Positions 43,605 to 53,336 of a stretch of 59,312 nucleotides of DNA are shown here, one piece after another (position 1 is the first letter of the stretch; each line of letters begins with the position of its first letter). Source of the stretch: Candidatus Falkowbacteria bacterium RIFOXYC2_FULL_36_12 (lineage in GTDB: Bacteria; Patescibacteriota; Patescibacteriia; UBA11705); contig MFGJ01000008.1 in NCBI GenBank assembly GCA_001778235.1, positions 1-59,312 on the forward strand, given 5' to 3'. Position numbers and translations under genes: made by a program. The notes beneath the pieces were generated by a model. That model did no database searches, had not been told where the DNA came from, and saw only the letters and a list, made by a program, of their open reading frames with translations.

Positions 43605-44645
43605 CTAAAATTGTTTTAGAAATCTTAAATCACCTGAATTTAAATAACGAATATCTTCAATTCCATACCTCATCATCACCAATCTAGTCAATCCAACGCC
43701 AAAAGCAAAACCAGAATACTTTTTCGGATCAACTCCACCAGCTTTTAATACATTGGGATGGATCAGACCACAACCAAGAATTTCAAGCCATCCAACCTGT
43801 TTACAAACACTACAACCGACACCATTACAAATCAGACATCCCATATCCATCTCAAAACCAGGTTCCACGAATGGGAAATACCCTGGTCGGAGTCTGACTC
43901 TCACCTCTTTTTGGAAAATTCCTTTCAAGGCAACTTTCATAACAGCAATCAAATTGGCAATTGAAATATTTTCTCCCACCATCAAACCTTCAAGCTGACG
44001 AAAAGCAATATCATGTGAAGCATCTGTTGCTTCATATCGAAAAACTCTTCCTGGCACAATCAAACGGATTGGAACACCATATTTCTGCATTGCCCGAACC
44101 TGCACATTTGAAGTATGCGTCCGCATTACCAATTTCTCCTTACCAGCTTTATTATCAATATAAAATGTATCCTGCATATCTCTAGCTGGATGATCTGGCG
44201 GAATATTTAATGCTTCAAAATTATAATAATCAGATTCCAATTCTGGCCCATCAGCCACCATAAAGCCTAATGATTTGAAAATCTGCTCAAGCTCTCTCTC
44301 AATAATAGTGTTTGGATGCAAATGCCCTCGTTTTTCTTCAAATCCAGTTGGCAAAGTCACATCCAACCATTCAGTTGATAATTTTTCATTTATTTCAATT
44401 GACCTCAAATCTGCTCTTTTATTATCAATCAAAATCTGAATTTCTGACTTTAATTCATTTGCCACACTACCAATTACTTTTTTTTCTTCTTGTCCCAATT
44501 CTTTTAAACCCTTTAACATCAAATTCAATTTACCCTCTTTTCTACCAAAATAGTTCAATTCTAAATCATCAAGTTTTTTCAAATCTTTTATTTTTTGGAT
44601 TTCCACCACTGCGCTCGCACGCAATTTTTCGAGTTTTTCACGCAT
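43605..44645 (-). CDS. pheS: Phenylalanine--tRNA ligase alpha subunit
   Basis: HPARDMQDTFY, FRQLEG, GFAFGVGLTRL. Start at ATG 44645 (MREKLEKL). Confidence 0.9.
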   Translation of the reverse strand: MREKLEKLRASAVVEIQKIKDLKKLDDLELNYFGRKEGKLNLMLKGLKELGQEEKKVIGSVANELKSEIQILIDNKRADLRSIEINEKLSTEWLDVTLPTGFEEKRGHLHPNTIIERELEQIFKSLGFMVADGPELESDYYNFEALNIPPDHPARDMQDTFYIDNKAGKEKLVMRTHTSNVQVRAMQKYGVPIRLIVPGRVFRYEATDASHDIAFRQLEGLMVGENISIANLIAVMKVALKGIFQKEVRVRLRPGYFPFVEPGFEMDMGCLICNGVGCSVCKQVGWLEILGCGLIHPNVLKAGGVDPKKYSGFAFGVGLTRLVMMRYGIEDIRYLNSGDLRFLKQF

Positions 44646-44692
44646 ATAAATATTAAAAAATATTACCAAATCTGCTATTTTATTACTCTATT

Positions 44693-44721
44693 ATTATAAG
44701 ATATTTTACTAAATTTATCAA
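44693..44721 (-). promoter_or_regulatory. Sigma70-type promoter of the pheS operon
   Basis: Minus strand reads TTGATA (44721-44716), a 17-nt spacer, then TATAAT (44698-44693). Confidence 0.55.
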
Positions 44722-44752
44722 CATTTTCAATCAATATATGCAGTCTCAAATT

Positions 44753-44782
44753 AAAAAAATGGCCCAAAAGCCATCTTTTTTA
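44753..44782 (-). terminator. Terminator after the PSP1/ricT gene
   Basis: atggc (44759-44763) pairs with gccat (44770-44774). Followed on the minus strand by a T-run (plus-strand aaaaaaa at 44753-44759). Confidence 0.5.
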
Positions 44783-45601
44783 TTTCTGTATTTTATGCTT
44801 TTTATTACAATCAATTGGCACTTCAATAATCGAGACACCTTCACCATCATCATCCAGTTTCACTCTCACACTTTTTTTTAATGTATTCCAGCCAATAACC
44901 ACCCCTCGTCCTTGGTCCGTTCTCACTCTAGTTCCAACCGCTGGTAGACAAGCTGCACATTCCTCATACACCTCTTTCTCAAAAGTTAAACAACACTTTA
45001 ACCGACCACAAACACCGCTCAATCTCTCTGAACCGCGATGAGTTATCTGCTGTAAATCCGCCAAATCAGAAGTCACATTGCCTAACTCTTTATAAAAACT
45101 TTGACAACAAAGCTGATGCCCGCAACAACCAAGATCACCATTTATTTTTATTTCATCTCGAATTCCAATCTGTTGCAAACGAATATTCAGTTTAAACTGC
45201 TTAACTAAATCTTTTAATAACACTCTGAAATCAACTCGACCATTAGCAATAAACGCAAAAGTCAGTCTTTTACCATCAATCGAAAAATGCGCGTCAACCA
45301 ATTTCATTGGCAAGTTAACTTTTTTTATCATTGACTTGCAAGTTGCAAGCACGCTAACCTCATTTTTTTTATATTCCAAAGCTTTTTCAATATCCTCTCG
45401 TTCCGCTTTACGAATATATTGTGCAGAGAACTCCTCATCCAGCACTTCATTTCCTCGTTCACAAATATTAACAACCTTGACAATTTCTTCTCCGTTTTCT
45501 GTTTGGACAATGACATAACCACCTAAATCAAAATCAACTTCACTAGTTTCAAAGTAGTAAATCTTGTCCCAAGTTGTTATTTGTACTTCAATTAATTTCA
45601 T
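44780..45601 (-). CDS. ricT: PSP1-domain protein (YaaT/RicT-like)
   Basis: Cys cluster GCCGHQLCCQSF...CGRLKCCLTFE is typical of PSP1/YaaT. Confidence 0.75.
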   Translation of the reverse strand: MKLIEVQITTWDKIYYFETSEVDFDLGGYVIVQTENGEEIVKVVNICERGNEVLDEEFSAQYIRKAEREDIEKALEYKKNEVSVLATCKSMIKKVNLPMKLVDAHFSIDGKRLTFAFIANGRVDFRVLLKDLVKQFKLNIRLQQIGIRDEIKINGDLGCCGHQLCCQSFYKELGNVTSDLADLQQITHRGSERLSGVCGRLKCCLTFEKEVYEECAACLPAVGTRVRTDQGRGVVIGWNTLKKSVRVKLDDDGEGVSIIEVPIDCNKKHKIQK

Positions 45602-45614
45602 TGCTGAAAATTAT

Positions 45615-46397
45615 TTACAATGTGATTACATGAAAAGCTACAATTTTCGCACCATTACCTACATTTTCTAAATATTTTTCTACGCTAATTTTATCATCCT
45701 TGATAAAAGCTTGCTTCAACAAACAATTTTCTTCATAAAACTTATTAATTTTCCCACCAACAATTTTTTCTACCATCTCGGCTGGTTTCCCTTCATTTTT
45801 CATCTGTTCTGCTAGAATCTCTTTCTCTTTTGCCAGAATTTCTGCTGGAACATCCTCCGGGACCAAATACTCTGGGGCCATGGCGACCGCCTGCATTGCA
45901 ATATCAACGGCTACATTTTCACTACCACCATCGAGGATGACCACTGCTGCGACTTTTTTATTTGAATGAAGATAAACACCGATCACTTCACCGGTATAAA
46001 CTCCAAATTCTCCTAATTTAATATTTTCACCAATCTTAACAATTAATTCATTTTTAATTTTTTCTTCTGATTTAGTTTTAAATTCTGCTTCAGATAATTC
46101 AATCAGACTCTGGGCCAAATCCTGACCAGCTTTTATAAAATCTTCATTTCTTGCCACAAAATCAGTCTCGCAATTCAAAGCAACAACAGCCACCTTTCCA
46201 TCAGCTCTCGCCACAGAAACTAACCCCTCATTCGCTGTTCGATCAGCTTTCTTTGCTGCTTTTGCTTCACCCTTTTTTCGTAAAATTTCAATTGCTAAAT
46301 CAAAATTTTCATTTGCTTCATCCAAGGCATTTTTACAATCAACCATTCCTGCGCCAGTCACTCTTCGAAGCTTCTGAATAGTTTGTACATCTACCAT
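45615..46397 (-). CDS. tsf: Translation elongation factor Ts
   Basis: IQKLRRVTGAGMVDCKNALDEA (UBA-like N-terminus). Downstream of rpsB, as in most bacteria. Confidence 0.9.
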   Translation of the reverse strand: MVDVQTIQKLRRVTGAGMVDCKNALDEANENFDLAIEILRKKGEAKAAKKADRTANEGLVSVARADGKVAVVALNCETDFVARNEDFIKAGQDLAQSLIELSEAEFKTKSEEKIKNELIVKIGENIKLGEFGVYTGEVIGVYLHSNKKVAAVVILDGGSENVAVDIAMQAVAMAPEYLVPEDVPAEILAKEKEILAEQMKNEGKPAEMVEKIVGGKINKFYEENCLLKQAFIKDDKISVEKYLENVGNGAKIVAFHVITL

Positions 46398-46447
46398 ATT
46401 TGTATTTTTAACTTAATTTTTATACCTAATTTCAAAAATCAATCTTG

Positions 46448-47155
46448 CTATTTTACACTTTCAACCTTCAAATCCTTTTTTGCTTCAAGCACTTCATCGG
46501 CAACGAGCTCTGTAATTAATCTGATTGATTTTATAGCATCATCATTGGCTGGGATTGGATATTGAACTCTAGTAGGATTAACATTTGTATCACAAATGGC
46601 AACAACCGGAATTCCCATTTTGTTTGCTTCTACAACCGCTGTCTTTTCATTTTTTACATCAATTACAAATATAACACTTGGAACTTTTGTCAAATTTTCA
46701 ATACCACCAATCAAGGGTTCCAACTTTTCAATCTTCCTTTCAATTTTCAATCTTTCGCGTTTTGTATACCGTTCAAGCTTACCTGTATCTCGTTCCATTT
46801 TCATTCGACGAAAATTTTTCGCCATCCCCAGAACTGATTTAGCATTAGTTAAAGTTCCTCCAAGCCATCTTTCTGTAATATATGGCATACCGGCACGAAC
46901 AGCAGCTTCTTTTACCACATTTTTCGCTTGTTTCTTAGTCCCAAGGAACAAAACATTACCACCTTTTTGAATAATTTGCGCCACAAATTTTAATGCTTCC
47001 TGTAATTTCAATTGAGTCTGCTCAAGATTAATTACATGAATCTTGTTTTTGTGTGTAAAAATAAAAGGCGCCATCTTTGGATGCCACTTAGATTTATTGT
47101 GTCCGAAATGGACACCAGCCTTCATCATTTCCTCTAATGTAGGAATTTTTGTCAT
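46448..47155 (-). CDS. rpsB: 30S ribosomal protein S2
   Basis: LEEMMKAGVHFGHNKSKWHPKM, ERWLGGTLTN. Start at ATG 47155 (MTKIPT). Confidence 0.9.
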   Translation of the reverse strand: MTKIPTLEEMMKAGVHFGHNKSKWHPKMAPFIFTHKNKIHVINLEQTQLKLQEALKFVAQIIQKGGNVLFLGTKKQAKNVVKEAAVRAGMPYITERWLGGTLTNAKSVLGMAKNFRRMKMERDTGKLERYTKRERLKIERKIEKLEPLIGGIENLTKVPSVIFVIDVKNEKTAVVEANKMGIPVVAICDTNVNPTRVQYPIPANDDAIKSIRLITELVADEVLEAKKDLKVESVK

Positions 47156-47229
47156 AATATTATCTTTCCTTTTTGATGCAAACTTGGGACTAAAATCTAA
47201 TTCCAAGATCCATCCTTCTACCTTTTATT

Positions 47230-47265
47230 ATTGTTATGACTCGCCAATCGAGCAGGAATAACAAT
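47230..47265 (-). promoter_or_regulatory. Hairpin in the rpsB 5' leader
   Basis: attgttat (47230-47237) pairs with ataacaat (47258-47265), with an inner ctcg/cgag stem. Located 75-110 nt upstream of the rpsB ATG. Confidence 0.3.
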
Positions 47266-47325
47266 TTACAGCTAAAATAAGCTCTAAAAAGGTATGATTT
47301 ATAATAAATTAATTAATCTTTCTCT

Positions 47326-47353
47326 AGAATATCACATTTATCTGCATTTTGCA
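47326..47353 (-). promoter_or_regulatory. Candidate rpsB promoter
   Basis: Minus strand reads TTGCAA (47353-47348), a 16-nt spacer, then TATTCT (47331-47326). Confidence 0.35.
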
Positions 47354-47424
47354 AGACCAAAAAATAGCCAACCAGACTATTTAAAAACATAAATCAACAC
47401 TATCACTCCATTACCTTCTTCCGA

Positions 47425-47616
47425 CTACCAACTCAAATTTTTCAACACATCTTCAGCTGAATAATAAATTCGATCTGACAAATGATCCTTCAGCCATTGT
47501 TTGTCGAGTTCATCAAGTCCATCAATTCTATCACACAGTCCGACTATTTCATCTTTTTCCACCGGATAATCTTGGTGTTCTCTCAAATATTTTTTTAGAA
47601 TATCTATGTGATCCAT
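47425..47616 (-). CDS. 63-aa protein, possibly DUF2795-like
   Basis: YLREHQDYPVEKDEIVGLCDRIDG...LSDRIYYSAEDVLKNL resembles the DUF2795 pattern, from memory. Confidence 0.4.
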   Translation of the reverse strand: MDHIDILKKYLREHQDYPVEKDEIVGLCDRIDGLDELDKQWLKDHLSDRIYYSAEDVLKNLSW

Positions 47617-47711
47617 ATGAATTAATTTTCTTTGTAATCTTTAGTACTAATTTATATTTTAGAATTAACTTTATTATGTACAAAATATTTCGTAATCTTA
47701 TTTCACCGTCA

Positions 47712-49400
47712 TCACCTGGCAATATCATATCGTAAAATCATCTCATCATGCTGTTGCCTTTTCAACTTGTGAAAAGTTGTCTTTGTCCACTTTTCATTCA
47801 ATAATTTGTGACTCATCCATTCACCCCCAAGTAGATGTGGCATCATCACATAATCAGCGCCAGCTCTATACAAATCTTCAAGATTTCTTGCATGATTCAA
47901 TGTACCAACAATATACGCTTTTTTATTTTTCTTTTTGATATGAGATATCGCGGTTATTTGGTCATCAGGATCTGGAACAGTCAAAACAATTATTTTTGCT
48001 TTTTCAAAATTTAATTCATCTAAAAATTCTACATCAGCTACATCACCAAAATAAGAACTAATGCCTCTTTGTTGTAATTTTTTTATATACTCTGGATTAA
48101 AATCAACAACCGCTGTTTTCAATTTTCTTTTTTTAAATGTTTCTACGATTTTCCAACCCATACGATGATAACCAAAGACCCAAGCATCAAAATACTCAAC
48201 TTCTTCTTCTTCATTATAAGCATAATCCTTACCAAGAAGGTTTAACACCGGGCGAACAAATTGAAATAATTTCTTGTTATAAGTTATGACATAAGACGAA
48301 ATAAAAATTGTGACCAAAGCAACAACTGTATATGTCGCAATCTGTCTATCAGTCACTGCGCCTAACTGTCTACCAACAAAAAGTAAAACAAACCCAAACT
48401 CACTAACCTGTGCCGCAGTCACACTGGCCAAAAAACTATTCCTTCTTGTAAAATGCTGTAACCGATAAAGCAAATATAATATCAATGGATTACCAATCAA
48501 TACAAAAATTGAAAGCACCAATCCAGGAATTATTACTTGTCTTAAATCACCTAGATTCATCTGTGAACCAAGAATAATGAAAAATAACATTATAAAAAAA
48601 TCTCGAAGCGGTTTTATTCTACTACTAATTTCAAAATGATATGGAGTTGAACCTAATGATAAACCTGCCATCAATGCACCGACCTCCAAAGAAAACCCTC
48701 CCCAATGAGCTAGTCCAGCAATACAAAAACACCATGCAATTGTAAAAATAAACAAAAATTCTGCTGATTTCGCAACCTTACCAAGAATCCAAGGCAAAAT
48801 AAATTTTGATAAACTATAAATTACCGAAAATAATATTATACCTTTCAATGCCCAGATTCCCAAAGTTACAACAAAAGATTCTTGTCCTGATAACAAAGGT
48901 ATAAATAACAATAGTACAATGGCAATAACATCTTGAACCAACATCAAACCAACAGTATATTGCCCATAAACTGATTCCAATTCTCTTTTATCAGTTAATA
49001 ATTTAATGATTATAATTGTACTTGAAAAGGTTATGGCTATTGCCAAAAACAAAGCTGATACAAAACTAAACTTAAAAAAAATTAAGATTAAAAGACCAAT
49101 CGATGAAGTGAAGAAAACCTGGGCTAAAGCTGTCCGAATCGCTACTTTCCCTATTTTTTTTAAATAAGTGAAATTTAAACTCAACCCGAGCACGAACAAC
49201 AACAGAACAACTCCAAATTCAGAAAAAGCACGGTAAAAATCTTCAGACGAATCAATCAAATTAAAAACAATTGGCCCACTTAATATTCCTGTAATAATAT
49301 AAGCGATAAGCAATGGCTGTCTAAGTAAATGAATTAGAAAAGACACCACGGCCACTATTCCAAGGAGTGCGCTAATCTGAAAAAAAACACTGTCAAGCAT
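47712..49400 (-). CDS. CPA2 (Kef-type) cation:proton antiporter with a C-terminal RCK/TrkA-N domain
   Basis: About 12 TM helices, then AWVFGYHRMGWKIVETF...VVDFNPEYIKKL...YFGDVADVEFL. The dinucleotide loop GxGxxG reads G-Y-H-R-M-G. Confidence 0.75.
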   Translation of the reverse strand: MLDSVFFQISALLGIVAVVSFLIHLLRQPLLIAYIITGILSGPIVFNLIDSSEDFYRAFSEFGVVLLLFVLGLSLNFTYLKKIGKVAIRTALAQVFFTSSIGLLILIFFKFSFVSALFLAIAITFSSTIIIIKLLTDKRELESVYGQYTVGLMLVQDVIAIVLLLFIPLLSGQESFVVTLGIWALKGIILFSVIYSLSKFILPWILGKVAKSAEFLFIFTIAWCFCIAGLAHWGGFSLEVGALMAGLSLGSTPYHFEISSRIKPLRDFFIMLFFIILGSQMNLGDLRQVIIPGLVLSIFVLIGNPLILYLLYRLQHFTRRNSFLASVTAAQVSEFGFVLLFVGRQLGAVTDRQIATYTVVALVTIFISSYVITYNKKLFQFVRPVLNLLGKDYAYNEEEEVEYFDAWVFGYHRMGWKIVETFKKRKLKTAVVDFNPEYIKKLQQRGISSYFGDVADVEFLDELNFEKAKIIVLTVPDPDDQITAISHIKKKNKKAYIVGTLNHARNLEDLYRAGADYVMMPHLLGGEWMSHKLLNEKWTKTTFHKLKRQQHDEMILRYDIAR

Positions 49401-49538
49401 ACTGCTTCTTTTTTATTTTTATTTTTACTTTTTCTTTTAAAATTATAACACACTTTGACAAAAAACATTAATATTTGCGTGGATAATAATATAATTTAAT
49501 CTTCTACAATTCATTTTCCACCGTATCAAGTCCCACGA

Positions 49539-49707
49539 ACACGGTAAGCATCGGGGCTTGCCTGCCGTAATCTTGATGAAGGCAGGTCTGGGGGCTTTCT
49601 TGCCGTGTTTAAAACACATAATAATTTTCATAAGTAGCAATTAAAGCCCCCAATGGTTTTTGCTTCCTTTTTGCCTGCCTACCATGCCTGCCAGCAGGCA
49701 GGTAGGG
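49539..49707. repeat. Pair of GC-rich ctgcc/ggcag-type hairpins in a 495-bp non-coding gap
   Basis: acacggtaag (49539-49548) pairs with cttgccgtgt (49599-49608), enclosing cctgcc (49561-49566)/ggcagg (49581-49586). A second hairpin is cctgcc-agca-ggcagg (49687-49702). Confidence 0.7.
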
Positions 49708-49895
49708 CGGAATCAACAAGTTTCTTTCCAATTCCAACCTATTTCATTATTACAATATTACATTATTACAATATTTCACTATTTCACTATCTCAATATTT
49801 CACTATTTCCAATTTATTTCCACCTATTTTCAACTTTAATCTTCAATCTTTCATCTTCCCAAATAAAAAACCCGTATACATTGACACGGAAAATT

Positions 49896-50222
49896 TTAAT
49901 TCATTACATTTTTAGGCGACTTTGGCTTATGTGGACATTCATCACAAAACGAACTTTCAGACTCTCCAGCACAATCAATACACTCTGCAAATTCAGGTGG
50001 CGGATTTGCCAAGTCGAGAGTAGGATAATACCTTTCCGGTTCTTGCGCACTATTCATCTGATTCATTCTGGCATTAGCCAAACAATAAGGACATTCACCC
50101 TGCTCATTAGGATCATACCACAGATGATGTACCTCACAGAAAAGATTCCTTGACAAGCTTCTCCTTGATAAAAGAACTTCTCTCGGTTCAACAATTCTTC
50201 TTGGTGCATTTTGATTTTTCAT
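49896..50222 (-). CDS. Small Cys-rich (putative zinc-binding) protein
   Basis: AAGGAG sits 5 nt before the ATG at 50222. CEVHH...CPYC and CIDC...CDEC pairs. Confidence 0.55.
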   Translation of the reverse strand: MKNQNAPRRIVEPREVLLSRRSLSRNLFCEVHHLWYDPNEQGECPYCLANARMNQMNSAQEPERYYPTLDLANPPPEFAECIDCAGESESSFCDECPHKPKSPKNVMN

Positions 50223-50277
50223 CAAATCTCCTTTGCCTTCCAGAGGCAATCTCGGCCGTTATTGACCGAATACTATT

Positions 50278-50306
50278 ATTCTAACACTTAAATTATTTAT
50301 TGTCAA
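50278..50306 (-). promoter_or_regulatory. Near-consensus promoter of the Cys-rich gene
   Basis: Minus strand reads TTGACA (50306-50301), a 17-nt spacer, then TAGAAT (50283-50278). Confidence 0.55.
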
Positions 50307-50311
50307 TCACA

Positions 50312-50338
50312 TTGACAAAACAGCTAGATTTTTATAAT
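50312..50338 (+). promoter_or_regulatory. Consensus-hexamer promoter of the 190-aa gene
   Basis: TTGACA (50312-50317), a 15-nt spacer, then TATAAT (50333-50338). Confidence 0.5.
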
Positions 50339-50378
50339 CTTATTCTATCTTTGTACCTTAATAGACAGGAGAACAAAC

Positions 50379-50951
50379 ATGAAACACTGGTATATTTTCG
50401 CTGTCAGAAGAATCTCTCACCATATTTTGTCAACATGTTCTGATAAACAATATTGCGAGCATTACAGTTTAGCCTTTAATTGGACTTGCCACCTAATTGA
50501 CCATCTACATCAAGTCCCTCTATCAGAGTACTCGAGATTAATGTCTTTTTTCCAAAATATCATCATGCAAATTTACAAAGATTCTTCACGGCCACTTGTT
50601 AGCAAACTTGAATACGCCATGCTTATTCTTTCTCGCCACCAAGCTCAAAAAACTCCAGTTAAAACTTTCCCGAGAAAATGGCATCAAGATGCGCTAAGAA
50701 AAACTCTATATTTTGTAACTCAAGCCAAACTGGCACATGATAATAGCATGCATTATGACTTTGGGAAAGCCCTTTATTGGCTTAAGGAAATTGAATTTGC
50801 TTTTGATTCAATTTCAAAAGAAGATTACCCAGAAATAAAACTTGAATTAAGGAACATTGCCACCATCCTTGATCAATTACCAGAATCAATGTTAACAAAT
50901 TCTGTCAGGCAACTTGCGAGACTATTAAAAGACAATCATCACACAAACTAA
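50379..50951 (+). CDS. Hypothetical 190-aa His/Cys-containing helical protein
   Basis: AGGAG RBS upstream of the ATG. No family recognised. Confidence 0.55.
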   Translation: MKHWYIFAVRRISHHILSTCSDKQYCEHYSLAFNWTCHLIDHLHQVPLSEYSRLMSFFQNIIMQIYKDSSRPLVSKLEYAMLILSRHQAQKTPVKTFPRKWHQDALRKTLYFVTQAKLAHDNSMHYDFGKALYWLKEIEFAFDSISKEDYPEIKLELRNIATILDQLPESMLTNSVRQLARLLKDNHHTN

Positions 50952-50982
50952 TTTTACTATGCAATGCATGGTATTTTTTATA

Positions 50983-51009
50983 AGAAAAAAGCCCTTGAAT
51001 CTTTCAAGG
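50983..51009 (-). terminator. Terminator after the protease gene
   Basis: ccttgaa (50993-50999), loop tct, ttcaagg (51003-51009). On the minus strand it is followed by gcttttttctt. Confidence 0.55.
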
Positions 51010-51058
51010 ACTTTGTCGTTACTATAGTGGAATTTTTCTTATTAAATGCAATAATATC

Positions 51059-52606
51059 CTAAATAAAATCAAACGGAATTTTTGCTAAATTTTGATTAGT
51101 TATCCCCAATCCAAGCTCTCTCATAATTCTAAAAGCATCAGCTGGACGACCAAGATAATATGCCCTACCAGTTATTGGATAAATATAATAAGCTTCTCCA
51201 TTCTTCTCAACATCAAGCAATATTTTCCCCCAAACATGTTTTGGATACACCGAATAACTTGAAATAAACTGATGCGTTGCTCCAAGGCCCAACTCTCTCA
51301 TAATCGTAAAAGCATCAGCTGGTCGGTTTAGAAAATATCTTTTATTATTATTTGGATAAACATACCAAGCTTCACCATTTCTTTCAACTTGTAATAATAT
51401 TCTACCACTCAATGTTTGAGCCAAAGCTCCGGGAAGAGTTGCTTGTGGAAAATCCAATTCATAAGGATCATAATTAATAACGACTGGTGAATCAGTAATA
51501 GGTTCTAAAATAATATTATGTGAATTTGCAGATTGATAATTATAAGTCCAATAAATTGTATTAGAAACATTACCAGAATTATCTTTGGCTTGAACTAATA
51601 AATAATATTCACCATCACCTTTATCTGCTTTACCATAATATTTATTGGAAGTTACCAACATTCCTTCTTCAATCGGACGAGCATTAAAATCAAAACCAAA
51701 GTAAACATAATACCCGGCAATACCACTATCGTCAGTAAATCCATCCCAAATAAAATATGGGTTTGAATCAGATTCAGTTTGCTCAAAAGTCAAAGCAGTA
51801 TTCATTGATGAATCAGTATAAACCCAGCCATAAACTGCATCAGTATTTGGAGAAGTAATGTCGCTTTGTTGTTCTATTATGTTTTCATTAATATTAGAAG
51901 TAGCTGACGCACCATACAAATCAGCTTGATAATCTGAACCAAATGTTTGTATCAGCCAATCTTTTACATTATTTATATTCAAAATATAACTAATAGAGTT
52001 AGCTACACCAAGCTGTACAGCTGAAGGGATGCCAACAAAATATCCCTGGGAATTATAAGCTGAACCTCCAGAATTGCCCTGATCAATTGGTGCCGTTGAC
52101 TTGATATAATTACCAGAAAAACCACTTACAACACCATTAACATAAGTCAAAGTACTATTTCCAATTGATGGATAACCAACCACTTCTAGACTATCTCCCA
52201 AATTTAAATTATTTGTATCATATGCAAAAACATCAATTGCTGAAAAAAGCTCATTGGCTTGATTATCAATATACAAAAATGCCACATCCATATCCGCGTC
52301 AGTTGCCCAATATTTTACTTCCGCCACATAATCAAAACTTGGAGCAACAGAAATGCTCTTAGTCACGCCAACATAACAAGAATTAATAATATAACCATTT
52401 GAATCTGTAACCACATGGCGATTTGTCATCACGATTCCACTTGAATCAATCATAGTACCCGAACCACTAAACCAATTACTATCTCCATCAGGACAAAGCA
52501 CTTGAACACTAGCATTAATCTGTTGATTATTAATTGCCTGTGCTGGTTGAATCGAACTGAAACTAACCATCAACATTAAAATCAGCAATAAAACTAACTT
52601 TTTCAT
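51059..52606 (-). CDS. Secreted trypsin-like (S1) serine protease with two C-terminal GEAWYV...RPADAF repeat modules
   Basis: Signal peptide. Catalytic triad contexts TNRHVV, DVAFLYID, GNSGGSAY. C-terminal repeats GRILLQVERNGEAWYVYP...RPADAFTIMRELGLG and GKILLDVEKNGEAYYIYP...RPADAFRIMRELGLGITNQNLAKIP. Confidence 0.8.
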   Translation of the reverse strand: MKKLVLLLILMLMVSFSSIQPAQAINNQQINASVQVLCPDGDSNWFSGSGTMIDSSGIVMTNRHVVTDSNGYIINSCYVGVTKSISVAPSFDYVAEVKYWATDADMDVAFLYIDNQANELFSAIDVFAYDTNNLNLGDSLEVVGYPSIGNSTLTYVNGVVSGFSGNYIKSTAPIDQGNSGGSAYNSQGYFVGIPSAVQLGVANSISYILNINNVKDWLIQTFGSDYQADLYGASATSNINENIIEQQSDITSPNTDAVYGWVYTDSSMNTALTFEQTESDSNPYFIWDGFTDDSGIAGYYVYFGFDFNARPIEEGMLVTSNKYYGKADKGDGEYYLLVQAKDNSGNVSNTIYWTYNYQSANSHNIILEPITDSPVVINYDPYELDFPQATLPGALAQTLSGRILLQVERNGEAWYVYPNNNKRYFLNRPADAFTIMRELGLGATHQFISSYSVYPKHVWGKILLDVEKNGEAYYIYPITGRAYYLGRPADAFRIMRELGLGITNQNLAKIPFDFI

Positions 52607-52808
52607 AAAACGAATATACGAATATCACGAATTTTTACAATAAACTTAAGTATATTTTAAATTTTTGTAACATTTTGTAATTTTTCGTAGTTTTGTAACA
52701 TTACTTAGATAACTATATTAAAGCAAATTTTTTTTATACTGTCTAATTATTTATTCTTGTTTTTTCACAATCATTATTAAATATTTTTGGATATAAAAAA
52801 ACACAGTA

Positions 52809-53240
52809 TTAATGAACACTGCGCATTTTCAAAAAATTTTTATTAAAATTGTCAAAGGCATCACTGACCGCCTCATAAAGAACATATAAACCACCATGCT
52901 GGGCAAATGGTCGACCACTGCAACCACAATTCCAATTGAACCGTTGCATTCTCATATACAACACTCCCTCAAAATCAACTAGGCAAACAGTTTCCGCACT
53001 CCACCTACCTTCAGACACCAATCTTTCCCATTCCTGCCAATATTTCTCAAATGACTCTGCCAAATTTTCAAGTACACGATTAATCAACAATTGTCTCATC
53101 TCTGTTGACAAACATTCAGCTGTCACAAACATTTTTCTACACAGGCTTTCGAGCACAGCAACCTCAACAAAAAATTCTTCTCTATCCACAGTTGGCAAAC
53201 AAGCAAACTCCTTGGCTGAATTACCTTTATTTCTACCCAT
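52809..53240 (-). CDS. Hypothetical 143-aa Cys-containing protein
   Basis: AGGAGG sits 6 nt upstream of the ATG. No TM; no recognisable family. Confidence 0.55.
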   Translation of the reverse strand: MGRNKGNSAKEFACLPTVDREEFFVEVAVLESLCRKMFVTAECLSTEMRQLLINRVLENLAESFEKYWQEWERLVSEGRWSAETVCLVDFEGVLYMRMQRFNWNCGCSGRPFAQHGGLYVLYEAVSDAFDNFNKNFLKMRSVH

Positions 53241-53336
53241 GGGTTTCCTCCTGCGTGGAACAAATTATTCTAACATAACAACCATATTTTGTCAATACAA
53301 TAAATTTAGACAAAAAAGCAGTATATATTAATACCG

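Noticed and set aside
49539-49660. Possible SRP/4.5S or other known small RNA in the GC-rich hairpins
   Set aside because: I could not find the conserved SRP domain IV motifs (GGAA tetraloop with an AGCA/GNAR symmetric loop) or any tmRNA, RNase P or 6S hallmarks. I treat it as repeat-family hairpins. An Rfam scan would settle it.
49443-50153. ORFs 49443-49640 (-) and 49653-50153 (+)
   Set aside because: They run through the hairpin and simple-repeat region or antisense to the RBS-supported Cys-rich gene. They have no RBS and a low-complexity product.
52611-52720. Short direct repeats (acgaata x3, tttgtaa x4) upstream of the protease gene as a regulatory array
   Set aside because: They are only 6-8 nt words in very AT-rich DNA with irregular spacing. 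That is too weak to call a defined element without comparative data.
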